From Burkholderiales bacterium (GTDB lineage: Bacteria; Pseudomonadota; Gammaproteobacteria; Burkholderiales; SHXO01): DNA of 56,985 nucleotides. Below are positions 26,781-38,966 of this stretch, piece by piece (within the stretch, counting starts at the first letter, position 1; every line of letters begins with the position of its first letter). Under the pieces are notes generated by a model. The model had not been told where the DNA came from. It worked only from the letters and a program-made list of their open reading frames with translations, and made no database searches. A program made the translations under genes and the position numbers. Location of the stretch: NCBI GenBank assembly GCA_035622675.1, contig DASPUW010000433.1:1-56985 (forward strand), given 5' to 3'.

Positions 26781-27779
26781 TCACCCGCCAGCCGACGCTT
26801 CCTGCACGATCAGCGCCGCGAGCTTGACCATGCTCAGCGGCGCGCAGCCCTCTGCTTTGTTGTTGGCGATGACAAAGGCGGGATGACCGGCGGCGACAGT
26901 TTCGAGGCACAGCCGGGCGAGCGCCACCCTCGTCGGCAAATCCTCGTCCAGCAGGCGCGCGAATGGGTAGTAGCGCTGCTTTGCCTCTTCGTAGCCGTAG
27001 CCCGGATGCAGGTTCCAGCGCACGACCAGCGCACCGCGCTCGAGCTTGCTCAGCAGGCGGGCCTGTTCGCGCACGCCCGGTTGCCGCGGATGCAATCCCA
27101 GGCAGTGCCTGGCCCCAACGTCGCGCAGGGCCGCCAGGTAGTCGTCCGTGAGCAACCCGGCGTCGCGCAGCTCGACGGCGTACAGCGGCCCGCTCGGCAA
27201 TTTGGCCAGAAACTCGCCGAGACGCCGCGCAAAATCCCGACTGTCGCCCGCAAGCGCGCGCGGGACAGGCGGAAACTGGAGCACGAGCGGTCCGGCTTTA
27301 TCGGCCAGCCCCTCGAGCGCTGGCAGGACGAAACGCTCGGTGGCAAAGGTGGCGTCGAGGAAGTTTGGATTCTCCGGCGCTCGGATACCCGCCTCGGCAC
27401 GCCGCAATGGGCTCACGCATTCGCCGGGCGCCTTGACCAGAAAACGGAACCCCGCAGGCACCTGCTCCGCGTAGTGGCGAAAGTCGGAGGCCGGGATCGG
27501 CGTGTAGAAGGTGCGGTCGATGCCGACGCTGCGCAGCAGCGGGTGCTGCGCATATGCGCGCAGCCCGTCGTGCGCGAGTAGGTGCGACTCATAAACCTCG
27601 GCATACACCAGGCCCGACCAGGTCGGGAACGACCACGACGACGTGCCGAGGAAGATCCCGGTCGGAAGATCGCGCGAGAGCGCCGCGAGCTCCGGTGCGG
27701 GCGGTGCCGGCTGTACCGAACGCGAAGCGGCGAGCGGCTGCGCTAGTGGTATGGAGAATAGCGGCAGCTGCTCGCTCAT
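26781..27779 (-). CDS. DUF72-family protein
   Basis: GTSSWSFPTWSGLVYAE is a DUF72-type N-terminal motif. Start set at MSEQLPLF. Confidence 0.75.
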   Translation of the reverse strand: MSEQLPLFSIPLAQPLAASRSVQPAPPAPELAALSRDLPTGIFLGTSSWSFPTWSGLVYAEVYESHLLAHDGLRAYAQHPLLRSVGIDRTFYTPIPASDFRHYAEQVPAGFRFLVKAPGECVSPLRRAEAGIRAPENPNFLDATFATERFVLPALEGLADKAGPLVLQFPPVPRALAGDSRDFARRLGEFLAKLPSGPLYAVELRDAGLLTDDYLAALRDVGARHCLGLHPRQPGVREQARLLSKLERGALVVRWNLHPGYGYEEAKQRYYPFARLLDEDLPTRVALARLCLETVAAGHPAFVIANNKAEGCAPLSMVKLAALIVQEASAGG

Positions 27780-27822
27780 GCTCACCGCACCATTAGATGT
27801 AGCGGTGCAGCGCCCACCCGCT

Positions 27823-28551
27823 TCAGCTGGGGAGGCTCGCGGCAAACCGCGGGTACGCGTCCGCGATCTCGCCGCGTACGCGCCGTCGCAAAAGCCGTAA
27901 CACCTCGGGCTCGGGCGGCGGCGTCACCACAGGGTCTTCCGAGCGATCGAAGTCGAAACCCGTGTTGTCCACGACGTCCTGCACCGAGTGCCCCGGGTGC
28001 ACGCTCTCGAGCCGGAAGCGCGAGCGTGCGCGATCGAACGCAAACACGCCCAGGCCCGTCACCATCTTGTAGGGGCCACCTGGCCGATGCACGTTGGAAG
28101 GACTGACTCCCGGCGCGCTGATGAAATCGACTCTCGACACCATCACGCGCCTGGTGTGCTCCTCCCGAAAGAGAATCACACGCGGCACGAGAAAATACAG
28201 ATAGGCCGAGCCGAACGAGCCGGGCCAGCGCACCTCGAGGTCCGGGTACGGTCCGGCGCCCACCAGGTTGATGTTCGCCTGGCCGTCGATCTGGCCGCCA
28301 CCCAGGAAAAACGCATCGATGCGCCCCTGCGCCGCCAGATCGAACAGCTCGACACCGCCGTTGGTGAAGCTGTTATTGCGCGTTGCGCCGAGCACGTTCA
28401 CGCGGAGCGCGCCGCCGGAAAGCTCGCGCGCGAGCAGGGCCCCCGCACCCGGAATCGGAGACGACGCGCCGGTCACGACATGCCGGCAACCTTCCAGCAG
28501 GCGCGCGATAACAACGATCAGCAGCTCGACCGGACTGGAGGCCGCGCTCAC
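27823..28551 (-). CDS. family I CoA-transferase, subunit B (glutaconate/3-oxoacid type)
   Basis: ELLIVVIARLL...VVTGASSPIPGAGALLA...GGGQIDGQANINLV. Overlaps the subunit A stop by 4 nt. Confidence 0.8.
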   Translation of the reverse strand: MSAASSPVELLIVVIARLLEGCRHVVTGASSPIPGAGALLARELSGGALRVNVLGATRNNSFTNGGVELFDLAAQGRIDAFFLGGGQIDGQANINLVGAGPYPDLEVRWPGSFGSAYLYFLVPRVILFREEHTRRVMVSRVDFISAPGVSPSNVHRPGGPYKMVTGLGVFAFDRARSRFRLESVHPGHSVQDVVDNTGFDFDRSEDPVVTPPPEPEVLRLLRRRVRGEIADAYPRFAASLPS

Positions 28552-29378
28552 GCGAGCGCCTGGGCGCTGTCGTGCGCGAGCCAGGCTTCGAGCCAGCTCT
28601 CAAAGCCGGCTTTCGTGCGCGCGGCCGCCGCATAATTCTCGATTGCCGGTTCGTCAGCGGGATACTCTGCGCCGAAGCGCAGAGGCCACGCACCGCGCTC
28701 TACTTCGGCGATACCGCTGACATAGAGGGCCGGGATCACGCCGGGCGAGCGCTCGATGTCCTCCAGCAGGTTGTGGTCCGTGATGCGCTCCACGGTGACC
28801 ACAGTGCGGCGCGCCGCATGGGCGAGCGTGAGCAGCTCACGCCAGCGCCCGATGAAGACGTTGCCGTAGCGGTCAGCCAGAGGCGCGTGAAACAGCGCGA
28901 TGTCGGGTTGGATCGCGGGCAGCACAACGATCGGGTCATCGGTTTGGAACGGATTATCGATCACTTTCCAGTCTGGACGATGAGTCAGCACGTCGCTGCC
29001 GATGAGACCGCGCAGCGGTGTGAACGGAACTCCTTTTTGCGCGGCTTGCAACGCCGCGTGAATCGCGGGACAAGTCGATTCGAGCATGCGCAGCTTCTTG
29101 TCGCGCAGCGCTGCGGTGAAGCGCGGTGCGACTCCGAACTCCGCCAGGCTCACGGCAGAGGTCTCGATGGTCGACAACAGCCCGGCGCCAATCATGACGT
29201 CGGCTTGCATACCGCTGACCGGCACGCACACGAGATGCAGCCCGCGCGCGCCGCGCCGAACAAGCTCGCGCGTCGCCGCCATCGCCACTCCGGAATTATC
29301 GGATGGCACGGCGAGCTTCGCGCCGTCCATAATCATGGCCGCGAGAGCGGGTAGTTCACACAGCGGCGCGGTAGGCAT
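28548..29378 (-). CDS. family I CoA-transferase, subunit A
   Basis: IMDGAKLAVP...AATRELVRRGARGLHLVCVP...DRYGNV. Start set at MPTAPLCEL. Confidence 0.8.
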   Translation of the reverse strand: MPTAPLCELPALAAMIMDGAKLAVPSDNSGVAMAATRELVRRGARGLHLVCVPVSGMQADVMIGAGLLSTIETSAVSLAEFGVAPRFTAALRDKKLRMLESTCPAIHAALQAAQKGVPFTPLRGLIGSDVLTHRPDWKVIDNPFQTDDPIVVLPAIQPDIALFHAPLADRYGNVFIGRWRELLTLAHAARRTVVTVERITDHNLLEDIERSPGVIPALYVSGIAEVERGAWPLRFGAEYPADEPAIENYAAAARTKAGFESWLEAWLAHDSAQALA

Positions 29379-29602
29379 CTGCGCTCCGAATACAGTAGAA
29401 GAGCGGGCCGGGGATGGGGACGCATGAGCTGCAGGGCATCCCAAGCGCGTCGATAATATTTAAGGAACCCCTAATTCACCAATTATAGGCGTGGCCGCGC
29501 TGCGTGTCGCGATGCGGCTACACCTGTGCTCGCTCCGACGACGCGCGCTTTTTATAATTCGGCGCGAGCCGTCCCCCATCGCCGCAGCCCGCGAAACGTT
29601 CA

Positions 29603-30835
29603 TTGCGCAACTCCGCCCTTCAAGCCGTTCTGAGCCTGGCGATTTCCGCCGCAGCGGTGCTCGCGGTGCAAGTGCTGGCCACACGCGCCCCTGCGCTCCC
29701 CGCTACGCTGAGCGGCCTGCGGATATTCGGGCCATACGCCGCGTTCGCGCTCACCGCGGCGATCAGTCTGTGGTTCGGGCGCGCACGCATATTTCTTGCC
29801 GTACTGTGCATCGCGCTGGCTTATGCCGCGTACCGCTCTCTGCTCGGGGCCGGTCTGCAGGCGCCGGGTGCGCGCACAGCTTTCGCCGCGCTGTGCGTGT
29901 TCGTGCCCGCCAACCTGGCGCTGTTCAGCCTGCTGTCCGAGCGCGGCCTGTTCACCGTCTTCGGTTTGCGCCGGCTGCTGGTCATCGCGACTGAGCTTGC
30001 GTTCACGTTCTGGCTCATCGAAGCCGGCGTCACCGAGTTTGCCGATTGGCTCGGTGGAAACTGGTTCGACTTCGCGTGGCTGCGCGCGTCGCCTATCCCG
30101 CAGGCAGCGCTGGCAGTGATGCTGGCGAGCCTGGTCGTGGTGAGCGCACGTGCGCTCGCGCTGGGCAGCTCGGTCGATGCGGCGATGGCCGGTGCGCTCC
30201 TCGCGTTCTGCAGCGCCGCCGAGAAGGTGGAGCAGCCGAATGGCTTTGCGTTGCTCACTTCCTGCGCCGCCCTGCTCCTGCTGATCGGCGTGCTCCAGGA
30301 CTCGCGCCGTATGGCGTTCCGAGATGAGCTCACCGGGTTGCCGAGCCGCCGCGCGCTGAACGAGCGCCTGATGGGCCTCGGGCACGACTTCACCGTCGCC
30401 ATGCTGGACGTGGACCACTTCAAGAATTTCAACGACACCTATGGCCACGTCGTAGGCGATCAGGTCTTGCGGCTGGTCGCAGCCGAGCTCGAGCGCGTGC
30501 GCCGTGGAGGGCGGGCATTTCGCTATGGCGGCGAGGAGTTCGCCCTGTTGTTTCCAGGGCGGGGCATCCGGGAGATCATCGGTGAGCTCGATGTGCTGCG
30601 CGCGAACATCGCCCAGCATCGGATCGGTTTGCGCGGCGCCGACCGGCCACCGGAAGCGGAGGCCGGCCGCCACCTGCGCGCCGGGCAGGCACCTCGGAAG
30701 ATCGTATCGGTGACGGTCAGCATTGGCGTGGCCGAGACCAACGACAAGCTGAGATCCCCGGATGAGGTTCTGAAGGCCGCTGATCGTGCGCTCTACCGCG
30801 CCAAAGAGAAGGGCAGGAACACGGTGAGCAGGTGA
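29603..30835 (+). CDS. membrane-anchored diguanylate cyclase (GGDEF domain)
   Basis: About 240 aa of multi-TM N-terminus, then DELTGLPSRRAL...LDVDHFKNFNDTYGHVVGD...RYGGEEFALLFPG. The start appears to be a TTG. Confidence 0.9.
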   Translation: MRNSALQAVLSLAISAAAVLAVQVLATRAPALPATLSGLRIFGPYAAFALTAAISLWFGRARIFLAVLCIALAYAAYRSLLGAGLQAPGARTAFAALCVFVPANLALFSLLSERGLFTVFGLRRLLVIATELAFTFWLIEAGVTEFADWLGGNWFDFAWLRASPIPQAALAVMLASLVVVSARALALGSSVDAAMAGALLAFCSAAEKVEQPNGFALLTSCAALLLLIGVLQDSRRMAFRDELTGLPSRRALNERLMGLGHDFTVAMLDVDHFKNFNDTYGHVVGDQVLRLVAAELERVRRGGRAFRYGGEEFALLFPGRGIREIIGELDVLRANIAQHRIGLRGADRPPEAEAGRHLRAGQAPRKIVSVTVSIGVAETNDKLRSPDEVLKAADRALYRAKEKGRNTVSR

Positions 30836-30845
30836 TACGGGCCTT

Positions 30846-33400
<2,555 letters not shown>

Positions 33401-33426
33401 ACAAAGCGGCACACACTGAGACTCGA

Positions 33427-33453
33427 GACCCCGCCTGGGCGGGGTCTTTTTTT
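33427..33453 (+). terminator. rho-independent terminator after groEL
   Basis: GACCCCGCC-TGG-GCGGGGTC followed by TTTTTTT. Confidence 0.7.
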
Positions 33454-33523
33454 CGTCTGCGCCGAGCCTGCCCTCGAACGTATACTCCCGCCGAGCCACA
33501 CACCTTCATCGGAGACAAAACGA

Positions 33524-33817
33524 ATGAGCGGTTATGTCATCACCGTCGACTTCAACCTCCATCCCGGCGCGCTGAAGCAGTTCCTGCCGCTGATCGTCGA
33601 CAACGCCAACCGATCGCGCAGCGTCGAGCCCGGCTGCGAGCGCTTCGATGTGCTGATCCCGAAAGATTCGACCGATCGCGTGCTGCTGTACGAGATCTAC
33701 AAGGACAAGGCAGCATTTGGAGAACATTTGAAGGCCGCACATTTCCTTGAGTTCAGCACGGCGGCCGGGTCGCTCGTGATGGACAGGAAGATCGTCGAAT
33801 ACAGCTTGGAAAACTGA
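33524..33817 (+). CDS. antibiotic-biosynthesis-monooxygenase (ABM) domain protein
   Basis: 97 aa. ...RVLLYEIYKDKAAFGEHLKAAHF... is typical of the ABM ferredoxin-like fold. Confidence 0.8.
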   Translation: MSGYVITVDFNLHPGALKQFLPLIVDNANRSRSVEPGCERFDVLIPKDSTDRVLLYEIYKDKAAFGEHLKAAHFLEFSTAAGSLVMDRKIVEYSLEN

Positions 33818-34153
33818 GCCGGTATCGCGTCAACGCATTTAGAATTAGAGCGTTAGCGAGCTCTCGAAGGGTCACGCGCCGTGTGTTGGCGCGCTCATTG
33901 CCTGCGCTCGGGCGAGTTCGGTGTGGCCCGGCAGGGATGGATGTGTTTTTTGGCAGCCACGCCCCTGGGCGAGAAGCTTCACGTAAGTTGCAGATTGAAA
34001 CGCAACTGCCCGCCGCTACTGGTGAAAATCGGCTAGCAAGGGTAGGATGCGCGACTTAAGAGGCGGCACACCGGCCGCCGCGCCGGGCAGAATCGGCGCG
34101 GCTGCATTGTGGTGAGGAACAACAACGGTGGATGCCGACAATAAGGAGAGCGT

Positions 34154-35986
34154 TTGAAGCCCACAGACATCGGTCGACCGGAATACTTTCACAAGGTCGT
34201 CGATTGCCAATGGGCCTGCCCGGCCCACACCCCCGTCCCTGAGTACATCCGGTTGATCGCCGCGGGCCACTACAGCGAGGCCTACCTGATCAACTGGAAG
34301 TCGAACGTCTTTCCCGGCATTCTCGGGCGCACGTGCGACCGCCCGTGCGAACCTGCGTGCCGGCGAGGCCGGGTGGAAGAAGGTGCTGGACAAAAACCAG
34401 AGCCGGTCGCGATCTGCCGCTTGAAGCGCGTCGCCGCCGACTACAAGGACGACATCCGCGACCGGCTGCCCCAGCCGGCAAGCGAGAAAAACGGCAAGCG
34501 GGTCGCCTGCATCGGCGCCGGCCCTGCCTCCCTGACCGTGGCGCGCGACCTGTTGCCGCTCGGCTACCACGTCGTTATCTATGAGGCCGACCCGTTCGCG
34601 GGCGGCATGATGCGCACGCAGATCCCCAAGTTCCGTCTGCCCGAGACCGTGCTCGACGAGGAGGTGGGCTACGTCCTCGACCTTCAGCCCGAAATACGCG
34701 CCGGCCAGCGCGTGACGAGCATGAAGAGCGTGCTCGAGGAGGGCTACGACGCGATCTTCGTCGGCTGCGGCGCCCCGCGCGGGCGGGACTTGAACATTCC
34801 CGGCCGCAAGGAAGCGGCGGCCCACATTCACATCGGGATCGACTGGCTCGCCAGCGTGTCCTTCGGCCACATCAACCGTATCGGCAAGCGCGTGATCGTG
34901 CTGGGCGGAGGCAATACCGCCATGGACTGCTGCCGTTCGTCCAAGCGGCTGGGCGGTGAGGACGTACGCGTCGTCGTCCGCTCGGGCTTCGACGAGATGA
35001 AGGCCTCACCCTGGGAGAAGGAAGACGCGATGCACGAGGGCATCCCGATCCTCAACTATCTCGTGCCGAAGTCGTTCACCCACGACGGAAGCCGACTGAC
35101 CGGCGTGGTGTTCGAGAAGGTCAAGCCGGTGCACGATGATTACGGGAACCGCAAACTGGTCCCGACCGGCGAGCCGGACGTGCACATGGAGTGCGACGAC
35201 GTGCTCGTCGCCATCGGCCAGGAGAACGCCTTCCCCTGGATCGAGCGCGGGCTGGGCCTGGAGTTCACCCCGGGCGGGCTGCCTGTGGTGGACGCGCTCA
35301 CCATGCAATCCACGCTTCCACACGTCTTCTTCGGCGGCGACGCAGCGTACGGACCGAAGAACATCATCTGGGCTGTCGCTCACGGGCACGATGCCGCCAT
35401 CTCGATCGACAAGCTGTGCCATGCCGAAGACCTGCGCAGCCGACCCGCGCCGCACGTGAATCTCGCGTCGCAGAAGATGGGCATCCACGAGTGGAGCTAC
35501 GACAACGAAATTTCGGACGACAAGCGCTACCGCGTGCCGCTCAAGGACAGCCGCATCACGCTCAAAGACATCAAGGTGGAGGTGGAGCTCGGCTTCGATC
35601 CGAAGCTCGCCTTCGCCGAGGCGCAGCGCTGCCTGAACTGCGACGTGCAGACCGTGTTCAGCGACAAGCTGTGCATCGAGTGCGATGCCTGTGTCGACAT
35701 CTGCCCGATGGACTGCATCACCTTCACCGAAAACGGTGCGGAAGAGGATCTGCGGCGCCGCCTGCGCGCGCCGGCGAGAAACCTGACGCAGGATCTGTAC
35801 GTGTCCGACACGCTCAAGACCGGCCGCATCATGGCCAAGGACGAGGACTTGTGCCTGCACTGCGGGCTGTGCGCCGAGCGCTGCCCAACCGGCGCCTGGG
35901 ACATGCAGAAATTCTTCCTCGACATGACCAACGCCGGACCCGGATGCCGCGTGAGGCGCAAGGAGCCCAGTGCCACGGCAGCTTGA
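34154..35986 (+). CDS. GltD-like NAD(P)H-dependent flavin oxidoreductase fused to a 2x[4Fe-4S] ferredoxin domain
   Basis: N-terminal Fe-S region (CQWACPAHTPVPEY...RTCDRPCEPAC); dinucleotide folds (VACIGAGPASL, VIVLGGGNTAMD); C-terminal CLNC...CIECDACVDICP and CLHCGLCAERCP. TTG start preceded by AAGGAG. Confidence 0.85.
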   Translation: MKPTDIGRPEYFHKVVDCQWACPAHTPVPEYIRLIAAGHYSEAYLINWKSNVFPGILGRTCDRPCEPACRRGRVEEGAGQKPEPVAICRLKRVAADYKDDIRDRLPQPASEKNGKRVACIGAGPASLTVARDLLPLGYHVVIYEADPFAGGMMRTQIPKFRLPETVLDEEVGYVLDLQPEIRAGQRVTSMKSVLEEGYDAIFVGCGAPRGRDLNIPGRKEAAAHIHIGIDWLASVSFGHINRIGKRVIVLGGGNTAMDCCRSSKRLGGEDVRVVVRSGFDEMKASPWEKEDAMHEGIPILNYLVPKSFTHDGSRLTGVVFEKVKPVHDDYGNRKLVPTGEPDVHMECDDVLVAIGQENAFPWIERGLGLEFTPGGLPVVDALTMQSTLPHVFFGGDAAYGPKNIIWAVAHGHDAAISIDKLCHAEDLRSRPAPHVNLASQKMGIHEWSYDNEISDDKRYRVPLKDSRITLKDIKVEVELGFDPKLAFAEAQRCLNCDVQTVFSDKLCIECDACVDICPMDCITFTENGAEEDLRRRLRAPARNLTQDLYVSDTLKTGRIMAKDEDLCLHCGLCAERCPTGAWDMQKFFLDMTNAGPGCRVRRKEPSATAA

Positions 35987-36008
35987 GTGCGCTGCCGACG
36001 CCGAAAGC

Positions 36009-37868
36009 CCGATGCCTCCAGCCGCTCAAATCCGCATCAACGACTTCGTCGTCAAGTTCGCCAACGTCAACGGGTCAGGCTCGGCGTCCGCTAACACGCT
36101 GTTCGCCAAGTCGATCCTGCGCATGGGCGTACCGGTCAGCCCGCGCAACATCTTCCCCTCCAACATCCAGGGCCTGCCGACCTGGTACGAAGTGCGCGTG
36201 TCCGAGTCCGGCTACCTGGGCCGGCGCGGCGGCGTCGATCTGATGGTCGCGATGAACCCGCAGACCTGGGACAACGACGTGGCGGAGATCGAGCCTGGCG
36301 GTTATCTGTTCTACGACTCGACGCGACCCCTGCCTGACTCGAAGTTCCGCGACGACGTCCATGTCATCGGCATGCCACTCACCGAGATCTGCAACCGCGA
36401 ATACGCCGATCCGCGCCAGCGGCAGCTGTTCAAGAACATCATCTACGTCGGCGCGCTGTCGACTCTGATCGACCTCGACCCGCGCGAGGTGGAGAAGCTG
36501 ATCGCCGAGCAGTACAAGGGCAAGGAGCGACTGCTCGAGTCCAACATCAAGGCCCTGCACATGGGGCGCGACTACGCCGCCAGCTATCTGCCCTCGATCG
36601 GCCTCAAGATCAAGCACGCCAGCGCGGTGGGCAACAAGATCTTTCTCGAAGGCAACAGCGCGGCTGCGCTGGGTTGCGTTTATGGCGGAGCGACGGTCGC
36701 CGCCTGGTACCCCATAACACCGTCGTCGTCGCTGGCCGAGGCCTTCAGCCGGCACTGCCGCAGATACCGCCACGATGCGGACAGCGGAAAGGCGCGCTAC
36801 GCGATCATCCAGGCCGAAGACGAGCTGGCATCGATCGGCATCGTGATCGGAGCCTCCTGGAACGGCGCGCGCGCGTTCACCTGCACTTCGGGACCCGGCA
36901 TCTCGCTAATGCAGGAGTTCATCGGCCTCGCCTACTTCGCCGAGATCCCGGCGGTGATCTTCGACGTGCAGCGGGGCGGCCCGTCCACAGGCATGCCCAC
37001 GCGTACGCAGCAGTCCGATCTCATCTCCTGCGCCTACGCCTCGCACGGCGATACCAAGCACGTGCTCCTGTTCCCCGAGGACCCGAAGGAGTGCTTCGAC
37101 CTCGCCGCCGAGGCTTTCGACCTGGCCGAGCGTCTGCAGACACCGGTATTCGTGCTGATGGACCTCGACATCGCCATGAACGAGCGCCTGTGCGAACCGC
37201 TCGCCTGGGACGATGCGCGCCGCTACGACCGCGGCAAGGTGACGACCTACCAGGACCTGGAAGCGGGCGTGTCCTTCGGGCGCTATCTCGATGTCGATGG
37301 CGACGGTATTCCCTATCGGACCTACCCTGGCACCCACCCCGCGCGCGGCGCCTTCTTCACCCGCGGCACGACGAAGGACCGCTATGCGCGCTACAGCGAG
37401 GCCGGTCCCGACTACGTGGACAACATGCAGCGGTTGCTGCGCAAGTTCGAAACGGCGAAAGAGCTGTTGCCGAGACCCGCACTGCGTCCCGCCAGCCAGG
37501 CAACGCGCCTGGGCGTGATCTATTTCGGCTCGACCAGTCCGGCCATGCGGGAGGCGCTCGACGCGCTCGAGAACGACGGAGTGCAACTCGACGCGCTCCG
37601 GGTGCGTGCATTTCCGTTCCACGACGACGTGTACGAGTTCGTGGCCGAGCACGACCAGGTCTTCGTAGTCGAGCAGAATCGCGACGCCCAGCTGCGCATG
37701 CTGCTGGTCAACGAGGGCGCTATCGATCCATCGCGCCTTATCTCGGTGCTCCACTACGACGGCACGCCCATCACCGCGCGCCACATTATCACCGAGCTCG
37801 CGGAGAAAGTCGCGCTGCTGAAGGTGACGCCGCTGCGGACCGGAGCAATGACGCGCGCTGCCAAATGA
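36009..37868 (+). CDS. korA: 2-oxoacid:ferredoxin oxidoreductase, alpha subunit (KorA-like)
   Basis: INDFVVKFANVNGSGSASANTLFAKSILRMGVPV... The start is ambiguous (35970 or 36009). Confidence 0.9.
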   Translation, partial: PMPPAAQIRINDFVVKFANVNGSGSASANTLFAKSILRMGVPVSPRNIFPSNIQGLPTWYEVRVSESGYLGRRGGVDLMVAMNPQTWDNDVAEIEPGGYLFYDSTRPLPDSKFRDDVHVIGMPLTEICNREYADPRQRQLFKNIIYVGALSTLIDLDPREVEKLIAEQYKGKERLLESNIKALHMGRDYAASYLPSIGLKIKHASAVGNKIFLEGNSAAALGCVYGGATVAAWYPITPSSSLAEAFSRHCRRYRHDADSGKARYAIIQAEDELASIGIVIGASWNGARAFTCTSGPGISLMQEFIGLAYFAEIPAVIFDVQRGGPSTGMPTRTQQSDLISCAYASHGDTKHVLLFPEDPKECFDLAAEAFDLAERLQTPVFVLMDLDIAMNERLCEPLAWDDARRYDRGKVTTYQDLEAGVSFGRYLDVDGDGIPYRTYPGTHPARGAFFTRGTTKDRYARYSEAGPDYVDNMQRLLRKFETAKELLPRPALRPASQATRLGVIYFGSTSPAMREALDALENDGVQLDALRVRAFPFHDDVYEFVAEHDQVFVVEQNRDAQLRMLLVNEGAIDPSRLISVLHYDGTPITARHIITELAEKVALLKVTPLRTGAMTRAAK

Positions 37869-38920
37869 CCTACCTCGCCAAGCCCAAGCTGCACCATCCT
37901 TCGCTCGAGAAAAATGCGCTCGGCCTCACCCGGCGCGACTACGAGGGAACAGTGTCCACGCTCTGCGCCGGATGCGGCCACGACTCCATCAGCGCGTCCA
38001 TCATCCAGGCGTGCTTCGAGCTCGACTTGCCGCCGCATCGCATCGCCAAGCTGTCCGGCATCGGCTGCTCCTCCAAGACGCCGACCTATTTCCTCGGCAG
38101 CTCACACGGCTTCAACAGCGTCCACGGCCGCATGCCCTCGGTGCTCACCGGCGCCAGTCTCGCCAACCGCGAGCTCACTTATCTCGGCGTGTCAGGTGAC
38201 GGCGACTCCGCCTCTATCGGGCTCGGCCAGTTCGCGCACGCGCTCAGGCGCGGCGTGAACATGGTCTACATCGTGGAGAACAACGGCGTATATGGTTTAA
38301 CCAAAGGGCAGTTCTCCGCCACCGCCGACCAGGGTTCGAAGAGCAAGAAGGGGGCGGTCAATGCCGATGCGCCGATCGACCTCGTCATGCTAGCGCTGCA
38401 GCTGGGCGCCACTTACGTGGCGCGCAGCTTCTCGGGTGACAAGGAGCAGCTGACTCCGCTCATCAAGGGTGCGCTGCTGCACGAGGGGGCCGCCTTCATC
38501 GACGTCATCTCGCCGTGCGTGGCGTTCAACAACCATGAGGGATCGACCAAGAGCTATGACTATGTACGGGAGCACAACGAGGCGGTGAACAGCCTTGACG
38601 TCATGCTGCCGCGCGCCCCGATCGCGGCCCGTTACGCTCCGGGGACTTTGGAGGAGGTGGTGCAGCACGACGGCTCGGTGCTGCGCCTGCGCAAGCTCGC
38701 GGTCGACTACGACCCCGGCGACCGCGTCTCAGCCATCAACTTCCTGCTGCACCACGACGCCAAAGGCGAGGTCGTCACCGGTTTGCTCTATGTCGACCCG
38801 CAGCCGCAGGATCTGCACGCCCGCCTCAACACGGTCGGCACGCCGTTCAACGCTCTCACCGAGACCGAGCTTTGCCCGGGCGCGCAAGCACTCGAGCGCT
38901 TCAACCAAGCCCTGCGCTAG
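37865..38920 (+). CDS. korB: 2-oxoacid:ferredoxin oxidoreductase, beta subunit (KorB-like, TPP-binding)
   Basis: MTYLAKPKLHHP...TLCAGCGHDSI...GVSGDGDSASIG. ATGA overlap with the korA stop. Confidence 0.9.
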   Translation: MTYLAKPKLHHPSLEKNALGLTRRDYEGTVSTLCAGCGHDSISASIIQACFELDLPPHRIAKLSGIGCSSKTPTYFLGSSHGFNSVHGRMPSVLTGASLANRELTYLGVSGDGDSASIGLGQFAHALRRGVNMVYIVENNGVYGLTKGQFSATADQGSKSKKGAVNADAPIDLVMLALQLGATYVARSFSGDKEQLTPLIKGALLHEGAAFIDVISPCVAFNNHEGSTKSYDYVREHNEAVNSLDVMLPRAPIAARYAPGTLEEVVQHDGSVLRLRKLAVDYDPGDRVSAINFLLHHDAKGEVVTGLLYVDPQPQDLHARLNTVGTPFNALTETELCPGAQALERFNQALR

Positions 38921-38966
38921 TGACGTGGGCGGGGCACCCGGTCCCCGTCCGTCCCCACCCTGTGCG

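Noticed and set aside
33987-34006. Inverted repeat GTTGC-N10-GCAAC upstream of the GltD-like/kor genes, considered as an FNR/CRP-type site
   Set aside because: The arms are only 5 bp and it does not match TTGAT-N4-ATCAA. Too weak to call without comparative data.
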